Source: Vicinamibacteria bacterium (GTDB lineage: Bacteria > Acidobacteriota > Vicinamibacteria > Marinacidobacterales > Marinacidobacteraceae). From it: a stretch of DNA of 64,000 nucleotides. Shown piece by piece: positions 1-10,090 of the stretch. The notes below the pieces were generated by a model. It saw nothing but the letters and a program-made list of their open reading frames with translations. It made no database searches and was not told the origin of the DNA. Both the position numbers and the translations under genes were made by a program. Location: positions 704,001-768,000 of the forward strand of contig OZ219816.1 of NCBI GenBank assembly GCA_964291235.2, in the 5' to 3' direction. Each line of letters begins with the position of its first letter. Position 1 is the stretch's first letter.

Positions 1-115
1 GGGCTGTGCCGATCTGGAGATCGGCGTTCCATTGCGGTCGCCCGCCGTCGGTGCTTGGGAAGATCCGTCCCGTTGCCCCGCTTTGCGGACGATGCCGGCC
101 GGAGGCCGGCGCTCC
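1..115. repeat. REP/BIME-like cluster with two GC hairpins
   Basis: GCCGATC-TGGA-GATCGGCGTTCC (8-30) and GCCGGCC-GGA-GGCCGGCGCTCC (94-115). Bases 1-47 match the reverse complement of the 188-bp unit at 42836. Confidence 0.75.
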
Positions 116-121
116 TCTTTC

Positions 122-1555
122 CTAAACCCGCGCGTCCACGTCGATTTCGACGCGGTGCGGTGCGGTCGGTCGGAGCAAACCCACATAGCGGTCCCTGACC
201 ATCGAGTCCGGCCCTATGGAAGGGAGTCGATCGAGAAGCACTTCCCGCACCGTCGGCCAGTCTTCCTCGCGGGCACGCGCATCGACCCGAAAAATGTCAC
301 CGACTTCGGCGCGGAGGGACTGAAGCGCTCCCTCCATCCGGTCCACCACGAAATGGGTCTGGGCGCGGACATCGTCCCCGCCGATGGTGCGGCCGCCGTG
401 GGTCGGGGGCACCCCGGCCAGCCGGACGTTGCCGCCGCTCCGAAACGCTTCGGTGAATCCCGCCTCGGGGACCAATTCCAGCCCGCGCGCCGTTTCCCGG
501 ACCCCGTAGGGCGCCGGGAAATGGGTCACGTGGTGGTGCAGATCTCCGGAGGCGGTGAGATAGGGCGGCCGGCGGTACTCGTCGCCGCAGTCCCCCGGAA
601 TGGGATCGAGCTCGGCCCGCGCCTCGGCGAGTTCCGCGCGTGACCGGGCGTCGAGCGAGAAGTCCGAGAGCCGGAGGTTGTCTTCGAGATGACTCCGCTC
701 CCCCGGACGCGCTCCGACGATCACTCCCGCCACCGCGGGCTGCTCCAGCACGTAGCGCCCGGCGACGTTCGCGATGGAGACTCCGTAGCGATCCGCGATT
801 CGGCGGGCGGCGCGCAGCACCCCCTGGAATCTCTCCCAGCCGCCGGCCTGCTCGATGAACCGGCGGTACTTCATCTGGGACCAGGTGAGGGACTCGTCGA
901 TCGGCGGCGCCGGAGCGTCCAGCCAGCGATCGCTCAACAGGCCGCCGGCGAGGGCGCCGTAGGCCAATAGACCGACTCCGTGGCTGCGACACACCGCGGC
1001 CATGCGCCCCGCCGGGCGATCGTCGAGCAGGGAATAGCAAACCTGGTTCGAAACGAGCGGAATCCCGCTGCGGAGCGCCAGGTCGAGATGGACCGCGTCG
1101 AAGTTGGTCACCCCGAGGTGCCCGATCCGGCCGGAGTTGCGGATCTCCACCAAGTGGAACAGGCAGTCCAGCCAGCCCGGATCCGGATAGCTCCAGGCGT
1201 GGAACTGCAGTACCTCCAAGCGGTTGGCGCCGATCCGATCAAGTGAGAGGCGCACGGCTGCCTCGACATCGCGGCGGGACGAGACTCCGGGCTCCGGCAC
1301 CCATTTGGTGAACACCTGCACCCCGGGTCGCCGCTTCTGCAGCGCCCCGGCGATCAACTCGGCCGAGCCGTAGTGGTCCGCCACGTCGAACGTCGTGAAG
1401 CCGGCGTCCACCGCCGGCTCCAGCGCCTCGGCGGCACGGCCCGTTGCGAGGGCCGCCCCTCCGCGCTCCTGATCGGCGACCTGCCAGAGCCCGGTCAGCA
1501 CCCGGGATATCTCGAGCCCGGGTGCGAGCCGGGTGCGTTCCACCGGCCCGCTCAC
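122..1555 (-). CDS. Aldo/keto reductase with C-terminal RidA/YjgF-like extension
   Basis: AKR motifs GLWQ, FDVADHYG, KWVP, LGVTNFD, SNQV. C-terminus has GGDDVRAQTHFVV...VEIDV. Probable GTG start at 1555 overlaps the permease stop. Confidence 0.8.
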   Translation of the reverse strand: MSGPVERTRLAPGLEISRVLTGLWQVADQERGGAALATGRAAEALEPAVDAGFTTFDVADHYGSAELIAGALQKRRPGVQVFTKWVPEPGVSSRRDVEAAVRLSLDRIGANRLEVLQFHAWSYPDPGWLDCLFHLVEIRNSGRIGHLGVTNFDAVHLDLALRSGIPLVSNQVCYSLLDDRPAGRMAAVCRSHGVGLLAYGALAGGLLSDRWLDAPAPPIDESLTWSQMKYRRFIEQAGGWERFQGVLRAARRIADRYGVSIANVAGRYVLEQPAVAGVIVGARPGERSHLEDNLRLSDFSLDARSRAELAEARAELDPIPGDCGDEYRRPPYLTASGDLHHHVTHFPAPYGVRETARGLELVPEAGFTEAFRSGGNVRLAGVPPTHGGRTIGGDDVRAQTHFVVDRMEGALQSLRAEVGDIFRVDARAREEDWPTVREVLLDRLPSIGPDSMVRDRYVGLLRPTAPHRVEIDVDARV

Positions 1556-3057
1556 TCCGGCGGCAGCGAACCGAAGAGCCGGCCGGTATCCACTCCGCGC
1601 TGGCGTAGCCGGGCCATTTCCCGGAGATAGATAAGCGATGCGACGCCCATCACCAGCAGCCATACCCACGTCGAATGGAAGTACCAGGCAGTCGTCTCGG
1701 TGGTGAGGTCCTTCACGACGTGGAGGACCAGGAACAGCCCGAGGATCGCCGTCCCCCCGCCGCCGACGAGCGCCTGCGCGGTCCGTCCCAAGACCTTCAC
1801 CTCGCCGGCGAGCCGCGGATTCCGCCGGGGCAGGGTGACGAGCGAGAGGCAGATGAGCCCGAAGTTCACGAGCATCGAGGTCACCAGGATGTCGATGCCC
1901 AGGAAAAAGTCGCCCGCGAGGTGACTTCCCAGGATCCCCACGGTCGCCATCAGGCCGCTCAGCAGGATCGCCGCCCAGGGGGTGTGGAAACGCGGGTGGA
2001 CCGCCGCCACCCCCTTCGGGAAAATCCCGTCCTCGGCCCAGGCGAACATCATCCGGGACACGGCGAGCAGCATCGCCGGCAGGTCGTTGATGAGGGCGAC
2101 CGCCGCCCCGCCGAGGATTGCCGCGGTTCCCGCGGCCGGCAAGAGGTAACCGAGGAGTCCGGGCGCGGTGACGTCGCGGACCGCCGCTTCCTCCGCGACG
2201 AAGTTCCAGGGGACCGCGTGGTACATCGCGGCGGTGAACAGGAAGTAGAAGCCGCCGACCGACGCGATCGCGATCCCGATGGCCAGCGGGATGTTGCGCC
2301 CGGGGTTCTTGGCCTCGCCTCCCGCCTGGGCGATCGAGTCGAATCCGATGAAGGTGGCGAAGAGGACGACCGCGGCGGTCACGAACGGGACGAGTTGCAG
2401 CGGAGTGGCCGGGGCCTCCGCGACGGTGCGGCCCTCACTCGCCATGAGCGCCGCGGCGAAGTCCCCGTGGTCGAAGGCGAAGCCGGCGACGATCACCACC
2501 CCGCCGAGCGCGAACATCAGGAACATCATGGGAACCAGGGTCCGCTCGTAGAGCTTCAGTCCCCGGAGGTTCACCAGCACGAAGGTCCACAGGAACGCGA
2601 TCGAGATTCCTACCCGGACCGAACCACGCTCGAGGGCGCCGGCAACCGCGGAATAGCCGAGCGCCCCGGCCATGTCGCGCAGGAAGGGAACGAGCAGGTA
2701 GGACACCACCCCGATGGCTATCGAGAGCCCGAACCACTGCGAGAAGCTGGCGATGAAGCCCCACCACGGGCTGAGGGCCCGGCTCGCGTAGATGTAGCTG
2801 CCTCCGGCCCGGGGCATCGCCGATCCCAGGCTCGCGTAGGCGAGGGCGGCCAGGACGGCGGGGAAGGCGGCGAACACGTACGCCGGGAGGACGTAGGGGC
2901 CGATGTCCGGGATGCCGCGCAGCAGCGCGAAGGGCATCACGTTGATCGCCGCCCCGAGCATCGAGCAGATCCCGGTGGCCGCGAGGCCCATGAGGCCGAG
3001 GTTCCTGGCGAGTCCGGTGCCGGAGCTCGTCATCCGGCCCCCAGGGTCCGCGCTCAT
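1552..3057 (-). CDS. APC family amino acid permease
   Basis: Polytopic hydrophobic protein with SAMPRAGGSYIY, FIGFDS...GEAKNPGRNIP and HPRFHTP motifs. Confidence 0.9.
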   Translation of the reverse strand: MSADPGGRMTSSGTGLARNLGLMGLAATGICSMLGAAINVMPFALLRGIPDIGPYVLPAYVFAAFPAVLAALAYASLGSAMPRAGGSYIYASRALSPWWGFIASFSQWFGLSIAIGVVSYLLVPFLRDMAGALGYSAVAGALERGSVRVGISIAFLWTFVLVNLRGLKLYERTLVPMMFLMFALGGVVIVAGFAFDHGDFAAALMASEGRTVAEAPATPLQLVPFVTAAVVLFATFIGFDSIAQAGGEAKNPGRNIPLAIGIAIASVGGFYFLFTAAMYHAVPWNFVAEEAAVRDVTAPGLLGYLLPAAGTAAILGGAAVALINDLPAMLLAVSRMMFAWAEDGIFPKGVAAVHPRFHTPWAAILLSGLMATVGILGSHLAGDFFLGIDILVTSMLVNFGLICLSLVTLPRRNPRLAGEVKVLGRTAQALVGGGGTAILGLFLVLHVVKDLTTETTAWYFHSTWVWLLVMGVASLIYLREMARLRQRGVDTGRLFGSLPPE

Positions 3058-3163
3058 GTGCGCACCTTACCGGTTGGTGGGCCAGATGAGAGCGCGGCGA
3101 GGGGTACGGCTGGGAGGTGTGCTGGTGAGCCGGCGGAAGGGGGTTGCCCGGAAATTGGGTGCG

Positions 3164-3178
3164 GAATATCCGATATTC
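3164..3178. promoter_or_regulatory. Palindromic operator upstream of AbrB-PIN TA operon
   Basis: Perfect inverted repeat GAATATC-C-GATATTC about 35 bp before the antitoxin start. Confidence 0.45.
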
Positions 3179-3212
3179 GGAAAATACGCTAGGCTACTTC
3201 GCACACCGGAGA

Positions 3213-3470
3213 GTGAAGTTGACGCAGACACTCATAGTTTCCGACCGTGGCCAGATCACCTTGCCCGCCCGGGTTCGCAAGCGAATGGGGATCAAGGGGG
3301 GGGACGTGATGATTCTGGAAGATCGTTCCGAAGAGATCGTCCTGCGGCCCGGAATCGTCGTTGAGTTCGAGCGCTACACGGAGGAACAGATCGCCGAGTG
3401 GGACGTTGCCGATCGACTGGATGACGAGGAGCGGGCGCGCCTGCTTCAGGCGCTCAACCCCCGGAAGTGA
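3213..3470 (+). CDS. AbrB/MazE/SpoVT-family antitoxin
   Basis: SDRGQITLPARVRKRMGIKGGD swapped-hairpin motif. Stop overlaps the PIN gene start. Confidence 0.85.
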   Translation: MKLTQTLIVSDRGQITLPARVRKRMGIKGGDVMILEDRSEEIVLRPGIVVEFERYTEEQIAEWDVADRLDDEERARLLQALNPRK

Positions 3471-3877
3471 GGCTCTTCCTGGACGCCAATGTGCTCTTCA
3501 CCGCCGCGCACAATCCACGCGGGAAAGCCGCATTCGTCATAGAGGCAGGGAAGAGTGGGCGATGGGATCTGGTCACCAGCAGCTATGCGAACGAAGAAGC
3601 CCGGCGCAATCTGACAGCGAAGTTCCCGCAAATCCTGGATGACTACGAAGCGTTGGTCTCCGGGATCCGCCCCGTGGGCCATCCGCCCGACCTTCCGTTT
3701 CCAGCGGGTGTGGCGGACAAGGACCGACCCATTTTTCGGGCAGCCCTCGCCAGCGGCGCGAGCCACTTGCTGACGGGTGACATCCGGGACTTCGGCCCAT
3801 TCATGAACCGCCCGGACCAGACGTTCGGTGTCCTGATTCAGACGGTAGCCGAGTTTCTCCGGTCTGTTGTGGACTGA
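3467..3877 (+). CDS. PIN-domain (VapC-like) toxin
   Basis: LFLDANVLF, conserved E, KDRPI and LLTGD..DF acidic PIN residues. Confidence 0.88.
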   Translation: MRLFLDANVLFTAAHNPRGKAAFVIEAGKSGRWDLVTSSYANEEARRNLTAKFPQILDDYEALVSGIRPVGHPPDLPFPAGVADKDRPIFRAALASGASHLLTGDIRDFGPFMNRPDQTFGVLIQTVAEFLRSVVD

Positions 3878-3903
3878 GCTGACCGAGCAGGATCTGATCG
3901 TCC

Positions 3904-5826
3904 TCAGATCACCCCGTGCAGCGGGCCGCCGGGCGCCGCCAGCGCGTCCGCTCGGCGGCTGACGGCCGGATCTTCGATCAGCGGTGGGGCGTGGTGGGGT
4001 TTGAGGCGAGCGTCGATCAGCACCGGTTCTACCGAGCTCCAGTGCTTGTGGCGGACGGCTGCCTGCCGGCCGTGGACATCGTGTGACGGATTGGACCGGG
4101 TAAAGGCCACCCAGAGAAGGTTCCGGAGGCTCTCGGCGGCGAACTCGGGATCGTCGCAGAGGACGACCAGCGGCATCCCGGTGAGATCCGCGCCATCCCG
4201 CTCTGCCGCGTCGAGGGCGCTCCAGAGCGGGGCGAGATCCGATTCCACCCGGTCGTAGGAATCGAATCGGGGTCCCCCGAGCACAAAGACACCCGGCAGG
4301 ACGGCCCGTAGCCCCGCAAACGGCCCGGGCAGCGAGGCGCCCACCCCGTCGGGCACCGCGGCGGCCAGCGATCTCCGCTCCGGTCCCGCGCCGGCGATGA
4401 CCAGCTTGGAACCCGCGTTCAGGCCCGTACCTGAATAGTCGAGGGTGTCGATGGTGGTCCGGGTCTGGAAGTGGAGATCCGACGCCAGATCTACCCGCCG
4501 CAATACATGATCGAGCATCCCCGGGATGTCGTGCGCGGCAAGTTCCGGAGCGTCCTCGCGGGCGGCGATGAAGAGGTACTTGGCGAGCGAACACTGCCCG
4601 AAGCCCAGGATCGCGTTGGCGATCGTCCACAGCTCCTGCGGCCGCCGGCCGGTGAACGGCGAGTAGCGCTCGCTGCCGACCGCGAGCAGCAGCGGGTGCA
4701 CCCCCGCCGCGTCCACCGCATGGACGGAATGGACGCCCGGCAGGGTGGTCGGCACCATCGGCTCGGTGATCTCGTGGATGAGCTGGCCGAAGGTGGTGTC
4801 TTCCTGGGGCGGACGCCCCACCACCGTGAGCGGCCAGATGGCTCCCGTCCGGTGGGTTACGGAAGTCACCCGTAGAACCGGGAAGGGATGGGTCAGGCTG
4901 TAGTAGCCGAGGTGGTCGCCGAAGGGGCCCTCCGGCAGGGTGTAGCCCGGGTCCACCCAGCCGGTGATCGTGAAGTCGGCGTCCGCCGAGACCACGAACC
5001 CGTCGTCCCGCCGCTGCCAGGCGAACCGCCGCCCGGCCAGCATGCCGGCGAACAGCAGTTCGCTCAACCCTTCGGGCAGCGGCATCACCGCGGCGAGAGC
5101 ATGCGCCGGGGGGCCGCCGACGAAGATGCTCACCCGCAGCGGTTCGCCGCGCCGCTCGGCCGCGGTGTGATGCACGCCGATGCCCCGGTGGATCTGGTAG
5201 TGCATCCCCGCTTCCCAGTCCCCGTACTCGCCGCCGGCGAGTTGGACGCGGTACATCCCGAGGTTCGAGGAGAGCGGCGCCCCGAGGGGGCCTCCGCCCG
5301 GCGGCGCGTCCGGATCCTCGGTGAAGACCTGGGGCAGGGTGATGAAGGGACCGCCGTCGTCCGGCCAGGAGGTGATGCGGGGAACATCCGGGAGGGAGAT
5401 CGCCTGCGCCTGGCTGGGAGCGGTCCGCACCCGGCGGGGCAGCGAGTGGAGGGCGGCCTCAGCGGCCCCGATCGCAACCGACGGCCGGCGGCGGAGGTCG
5501 GAGAAGACCTTGCCCGGTGCGGCCCGGTAGCGGACCGCCGCCTTCGCCCCGTCGAGGCCGTGGCGGAGCAGGAAGCGCGCCCGCTCCATGGTCCCGAAGA
5601 GGTTGGAAACGCACGGGAAGGCCGACCCCTTCACCCGCTCGTAGAGGATGGCCGGAGCTTTCGCCGCGTAGGCCCGGCGCTGGATCTCGGCGACCTCAAG
5701 GCGCCCATCCACCTCGTCCTGGATCCGGATGAGCATCCGGTTCCGTTCGAGGTCGGCTACGGCGTCGGCGAGGGACCGGTACGGCATCGTCAGCGGGGAG
5801 GGTACCGGGCGCGACGGATCCGACAT
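3904..5826 (-). CDS. UbiD-family (prFMN-dependent) decarboxylase
   Basis: SNLFGT, NLGMYR, EGPFGDHLGYY and VVGRPPQED motifs. Confidence 0.9.
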   Translation of the reverse strand: MSDPSRPVPSPLTMPYRSLADAVADLERNRMLIRIQDEVDGRLEVAEIQRRAYAAKAPAILYERVKGSAFPCVSNLFGTMERARFLLRHGLDGAKAAVRYRAAPGKVFSDLRRRPSVAIGAAEAALHSLPRRVRTAPSQAQAISLPDVPRITSWPDDGGPFITLPQVFTEDPDAPPGGGPLGAPLSSNLGMYRVQLAGGEYGDWEAGMHYQIHRGIGVHHTAAERRGEPLRVSIFVGGPPAHALAAVMPLPEGLSELLFAGMLAGRRFAWQRRDDGFVVSADADFTITGWVDPGYTLPEGPFGDHLGYYSLTHPFPVLRVTSVTHRTGAIWPLTVVGRPPQEDTTFGQLIHEITEPMVPTTLPGVHSVHAVDAAGVHPLLLAVGSERYSPFTGRRPQELWTIANAILGFGQCSLAKYLFIAAREDAPELAAHDIPGMLDHVLRRVDLASDLHFQTRTTIDTLDYSGTGLNAGSKLVIAGAGPERRSLAAAVPDGVGASLPGPFAGLRAVLPGVFVLGGPRFDSYDRVESDLAPLWSALDAAERDGADLTGMPLVVLCDDPEFAAESLRNLLWVAFTRSNPSHDVHGRQAAVRHKHWSSVEPVLIDARLKPHHAPPLIEDPAVSRRADALAAPGGPLHGVI

Positions 5827-5870
5827 CGGCTATTCCTGTCCCGATGCCCCCCGAAGTAGCATCCAGAGAG

Positions 5871-6830
5871 ATGAAGAAGAAAACGATCAGTCTGATAGGT
5901 GTGCCGCTGGATTTGGGAGCTGGGTGCCGGGGAGTGGACATGGGGCCCTCGGCGATCCGCCGTGCAGGGATCGCAGTGCGGCTGGAGCGGCTCGGATACC
6001 TCGTGGAGGACGCCGGGAATCTTGAGGCGCCCCTCGCCGAAACGCTCGCCGGACCGGGCGCGGTGAACGCCCGCTATCTGAAGGAGGTAGTCCGGGTTCT
6101 CGAACATCTCGCGTGCGAGGTGCGCCGTCACCGGGCCGAGGGCAGGCTTCCGGTCGTTCTCGGTGGCGACCATTCCATCGCTCTCGGCACCGTTTCCGGG
6201 ATGACCGGATGCACGCACCGGGGCGGGGGTTACCCGCTGGAACAGCGTCTTGGACTCGTGTGGGTCGATGCCCACACGGACGCGAACACCCCCGAAACCT
6301 CTCCCAGCGGCAACCTGCACGGGATGCCGCTGGCCGCTCTGCTGGGTCGCGGCCCCGAAGCGCTCACCCGGGTGGGAGGTTTCGCTGCGGGAGGCACGCG
6401 GGTGAAACCGGAGAACACCGCGCTGATCGGTGTCCGGAGCGTTGACTCGGCTGAAGCCGGGGTCGTGGCGGACCTGGGGATACGGGTCTATACGATGGAA
6501 GAGGTGGATCGCCGGGGCTTCGCGACGGTGGTGGACGAGGCGATCGCCCGGGCACTCGACGGGACCGACGGAATGCACCTCAGCATGGACATGGACGGAC
6601 TTGATCCGGAGGTGGCGCCCGGAGTCGGGACTCCCGTCCGGGGCGGGCTCAGCTACCGCGAGGCGCACACGCTGATGGAGGCGGTCGCGGAAAGCGGCGG
6701 ACTGCGTTCGCTCGAAGTGGCCGAGGTGAATCCGATCCGCGACATCCGCAACCAGACCGCCGAACTGGCGGTCGAGTTGGTCGCGTCTGCGCTCGGGAAG
6801 CGCACGCTTCCGAGGATCGGGAGATCCTGA
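5871..6830 (+). CDS. rocF: Arginase
   Basis: GVDMGP, LGGDHS, DAHTD, SGNLHGMP, DMDGLDP, EVNP. Probable start MKKK at 5871. Confidence 0.9.
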   Translation: MKKKTISLIGVPLDLGAGCRGVDMGPSAIRRAGIAVRLERLGYLVEDAGNLEAPLAETLAGPGAVNARYLKEVVRVLEHLACEVRRHRAEGRLPVVLGGDHSIALGTVSGMTGCTHRGGGYPLEQRLGLVWVDAHTDANTPETSPSGNLHGMPLAALLGRGPEALTRVGGFAAGGTRVKPENTALIGVRSVDSAEAGVVADLGIRVYTMEEVDRRGFATVVDEAIARALDGTDGMHLSMDMDGLDPEVAPGVGTPVRGGLSYREAHTLMEAVAESGGLRSLEVAEVNPIRDIRNQTAELAVELVASALGKRTLPRIGRS

Positions 6831-6847
6831 CCCGCCGGATTCCGACG

Positions 6848-7585
6848 GTGAGCACCAGCGGTTCCTCTCCCGCGGTTCACGACGCCCCCGACGGTGGGGG
6901 CGGATCGGTGAGTGTCGCGGTCCATGAACCAGCTGGGACCTCGCCGGCCCCGCCCGTCCTGCTCCTCACCCACGGCGCTGGCGGTAATCGGGACACGCCG
7001 GGTCTCGTTTCGCTGGCCGAGTCCCTCGCCGAACGAGACGTCCGCGCCGTCCGGTTCAACCTGCCGGCAGCGGAAGCCGGGCGGAGGCGTCCCGATCGTC
7101 CCGGCCGCGCCATCGCCTGCATCGCCGCCGTGCTGGATTGGACAGCGCGGAAGTACGGGGGTCCTCTCTTCGTCGGGGGCCGCTCGTTTGGCGGGCGGAT
7201 GGCCTCGCTCCTGCTCGCGGATGAAACCGCGGCAGCGCGTCGCCAGGTGGCGGGCCTGGTGCTCCTCGCCTATCCCCTGAAGCCGCCGGGCAAGCCGGAA
7301 GTGCCCGCGGAGCGGATGGAGCACCTCGGCCGCCTCGACGTTCCCACCCTGTTCGTGAGTGGCGACCGGGACCCTTTCGCGCCGCCAAATCTACTGAACC
7401 CGGTCGTCGTCGGCGCGGGCGCGGAGTTGCGCTGGATCAAGGGGGGCGACCACGGGTTCCGGGTTCCGAAGGCCATCCTCGCCGCCACGGAGCGCACTTC
7501 AGCCGAGGTTCGCCGTGAGATCGCCGAAGCGGTGGCGACTTTCATCGCCGCCACCGCCGCCGGCAGCCCGACCGGCGTCGGGTAG
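6848..7585 (+). CDS. Alpha/beta-fold hydrolase (KANSL3/dienelactone hydrolase-like)
   Basis: HGAGG, GGRSFGGRMAS nucleophile elbow, GDRDPF, GGDHGF. Confidence 0.85.
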   Translation: MSTSGSSPAVHDAPDGGGGSVSVAVHEPAGTSPAPPVLLLTHGAGGNRDTPGLVSLAESLAERDVRAVRFNLPAAEAGRRRPDRPGRAIACIAAVLDWTARKYGGPLFVGGRSFGGRMASLLLADETAAARRQVAGLVLLAYPLKPPGKPEVPAERMEHLGRLDVPTLFVSGDRDPFAPPNLLNPVVVGAGAELRWIKGGDHGFRVPKAILAATERTSAEVRREIAEAVATFIAATAAGSPTGVG

Positions 7586-7597
7586 GGGGCTTCCCGC

Positions 7598-8968
7598 TTA
7601 CTTCGGTCCGAAGACCCAGGACATCCCGATGGTGAAGGTGTTCTGGCTCATCGAAAGGCCGTCGCCACAGCCGGAGCAGTTGAAGAAGGGCGCGTCCGAC
7701 CAGTCCCGCCGGTACTCGAGCCGGGCCAGGAAGCGCGCGTCGTCGACCACCGGCTGGAACTCCAGCGTGATCGTGTTCTCCATGAGCATCTGCTCGAGTC
7801 CGGTGGAGCGGGCCTCGCGGTCGTTCATGAACTCGTAGCGCTCGGCGATCCGCACCTGGTCGTTCACGTGGAACCGGAGGTATCCGCCCAGTCCCCACGA
7901 CGTTGCGCTGGTCCCCATCTCGTCGGTTGCCGATATGTAGTCCATGTTCACCATGGCCTCGAAGCGGTCGCTGATGCCGAGGTAGGCGTTCCAGCTCAGA
8001 TCCCGCAGCCAGCCGTCATTGGTGCCGGCGTTTTCTGGGCCGTTGATCCAGGTCAGGGTGGTGTTGAACTGGTCGTTCGGCGCGAGCGAGCCCTGGAGCC
8101 CATAGGACTTCCCGGTGTTCTGGTCCCAGGCGTTGTCGAAACCGTTCACCAGCATCAGGGTTCCGGTGAAGGTGTCGCTGAGCGGCACGCCCAGCCGCGC
8201 TCCAACGTGCGAGAAGGGCTCGTTCCAGGCCCAGAGGATCCCGCGGGAGTAGTTCCAGTTCAGATGCGATTCCGCGACCTCGAGTCCGGCGATCGTCCCG
8301 AAGGCGCCCATGTCGAACTGGGCGCCGTTGCCGAACCGGTAGTAGCCGTAGGCCTGCTGGACGTACAACAGGTCGGCCAGCGGCCCCGGCTCGAGTCCGT
8401 CACGGAAGAGGCGCGCCCCGGAGCCGAACCAGATGTCGGAGCGGAACCCGAAGGGGCCGTCGCCGGCGGTTTCGATCTCCAGTTTGAGCTGGTTCAGGCC
8501 GAATCCGCGGGCGTTGGGGTTCGTGTAGTAGAGGGTGTTGTTTCCGTCCTGGGGATCATTGGCGTTGTGGGTGTAGTAGGTGTCCACCAGACCGGTGATG
8601 GAGAGCGGCTGCCCGCCGGTGCTCGCGGTGCCCTCGGGCATTCCAGAGTCGTCGTCCTGAGCCACGGAGCCGGGGACCGCCAGTTCGGGGGTGGCGGAGG
8701 CCGCGCCGTCGGCGGCCGCGAGGGCCAGGTTGGGCGCGCCTCCCGAAGGGATCCCGCCTTCTCGCGACGCCACCAGGGTGGCGAGCAGCACTTCGAGATC
8801 CTCGATGCGTTCGCGCAGTGAATCCAGTTCGCCGCGGATCTCCGCCTCGAGCTCCGCAGTGGTGACCGCGGCGCTGCCGGGTGCTTCCCCGGCGGCAGCC
8901 AGGGGCGGCGCCGCCATTACAAAGAGAACGGGCGCGACGAAGGCCGCGCCCGCAAGTCGTTTCTTCAT
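7598..8968 (-). CDS. Outer-membrane beta-barrel porin (BBP2/DUF1597-like) with N-terminal coiled coil
   Basis: Signal peptide MKKRLAGAAF; GLVDTYY, QQAY, NWNYSRG, PFSHVG, RLEYRRD; terminal aromatic strand. Confidence 0.75.
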   Translation of the reverse strand: MKKRLAGAAFVAPVLFVMAAPPLAAAGEAPGSAAVTTAELEAEIRGELDSLRERIEDLEVLLATLVASREGGIPSGGAPNLALAAADGAASATPELAVPGSVAQDDDSGMPEGTASTGGQPLSITGLVDTYYTHNANDPQDGNNTLYYTNPNARGFGLNQLKLEIETAGDGPFGFRSDIWFGSGARLFRDGLEPGPLADLLYVQQAYGYYRFGNGAQFDMGAFGTIAGLEVAESHLNWNYSRGILWAWNEPFSHVGARLGVPLSDTFTGTLMLVNGFDNAWDQNTGKSYGLQGSLAPNDQFNTTLTWINGPENAGTNDGWLRDLSWNAYLGISDRFEAMVNMDYISATDEMGTSATSWGLGGYLRFHVNDQVRIAERYEFMNDREARSTGLEQMLMENTITLEFQPVVDDARFLARLEYRRDWSDAPFFNCSGCGDGLSMSQNTFTIGMSWVFGPK

Positions 8969-9041
8969 GGTTTCTCCTTGGCCCATCCCGGGCGCTGTAC
9001 AAGCGAAACTGAACTCTCCCAAACCCCCGAGCCGACTCCAG

Positions 9042-10022
9042 CTAGTTTCCGTCTCCGGCGTTTTCGAGGGCGTAGCGGGCCACCGCCTCGTGGGTGGCGT
9101 ACCAAACATCGCCGGTCGCGCCCATGTGCTGGATCAGCCGCTCCAGCATGGCGATGCGCGAACGGTGGCCGATGACGTGGGGATGCATGGTGAGCAGGAA
9201 CATGCCGCCCTCCTCGTGCGCCATGTCGAACTCGGCCTTCCAGATGGACAGCACGTCGTCGGGGGTGCTGTGCGGGCGCAGTGACGAATATCGGCTGAAG
9301 CCGAAGTAGGGCGCGTCATCGAGGATCCATTCCACCGGGAGTTCCACGATTCCGGTGGCCTCCCCGTTGGCCACGATCTCGTAGGGCCAGTCGTCCGCCA
9401 TCAGGCTCGAGTCGTAGAGGAAGCCGAGATCGCGCACGATCCGCAGGGTGTTCGGGCTGTAGTCCCAGGACGGGGTGCGCAGGCCCACCGGACGGGTGCC
9501 CGTAAGTTCCGTGAGAGTGTCCAGAGCCCGTTCGATGAGTTCCTTCTCCACCTCTCCGGGGATCTGGGAGTTGCGTTCGTGGATCCAGCCGTGAACACCG
9601 ATTTCGTGTCCGTCCCCGACGATTTCGGCTACGTCGTCCTGGTAGATCAGGGCGCTGACCGCGGGGATGAAGAAGGAGGCCGGGATCTCGTACCGGCGGA
9701 GGAGATCAAGGACCCGCGGAAGTCCGGCCTTCGACCCGTACTGCCCGCGCGACAGGTTGGAGGCGGTGGTGTTGTTGTCGCGGAGCGAAACCGTTTCGTT
9801 GTCGAAATCGAAGGACAGCGCCACCGCGACGCGCGCTCCTCCCGGCCACGAGGCGGGGGCCAGGCGGCGGCCGGCCCGCACCGCGTCAATCGGCGCCCGC
9901 CACTCCGCCTCGGACCACTCCCAGGGCGGTTTCTCCGGTTCTTCGGCGGGCGCACCGGAATCGCAAGCGATCCATGACACTCCGGCGGCCAGCAGGATGC
10001 CGAACGTGACCCAACCACGCAT
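9042..10022 (-). CDS. Polysaccharide deacetylase (CE4/PuuE-like), probable lipoprotein
   Basis: LSFDFD, HEIGVHGWIHE, RTPSW, YDSS, LTMHPH; signal peptide ending in WIAC. Confidence 0.85.
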   Translation of the reverse strand: MRGWVTFGILLAAGVSWIACDSGAPAEEPEKPPWEWSEAEWRAPIDAVRAGRRLAPASWPGGARVAVALSFDFDNETVSLRDNNTTASNLSRGQYGSKAGLPRVLDLLRRYEIPASFFIPAVSALIYQDDVAEIVGDGHEIGVHGWIHERNSQIPGEVEKELIERALDTLTELTGTRPVGLRTPSWDYSPNTLRIVRDLGFLYDSSLMADDWPYEIVANGEATGIVELPVEWILDDAPYFGFSRYSSLRPHSTPDDVLSIWKAEFDMAHEEGGMFLLTMHPHVIGHRSRIAMLERLIQHMGATGDVWYATHEAVARYALENAGDGN

Positions 10023-10090
10023 GAGTGCCGATTCTATGCGGTGCGGCGCGTTCCGGCCGAGGCGCCCCGAAACGGTAGAATGCGGCGCCC

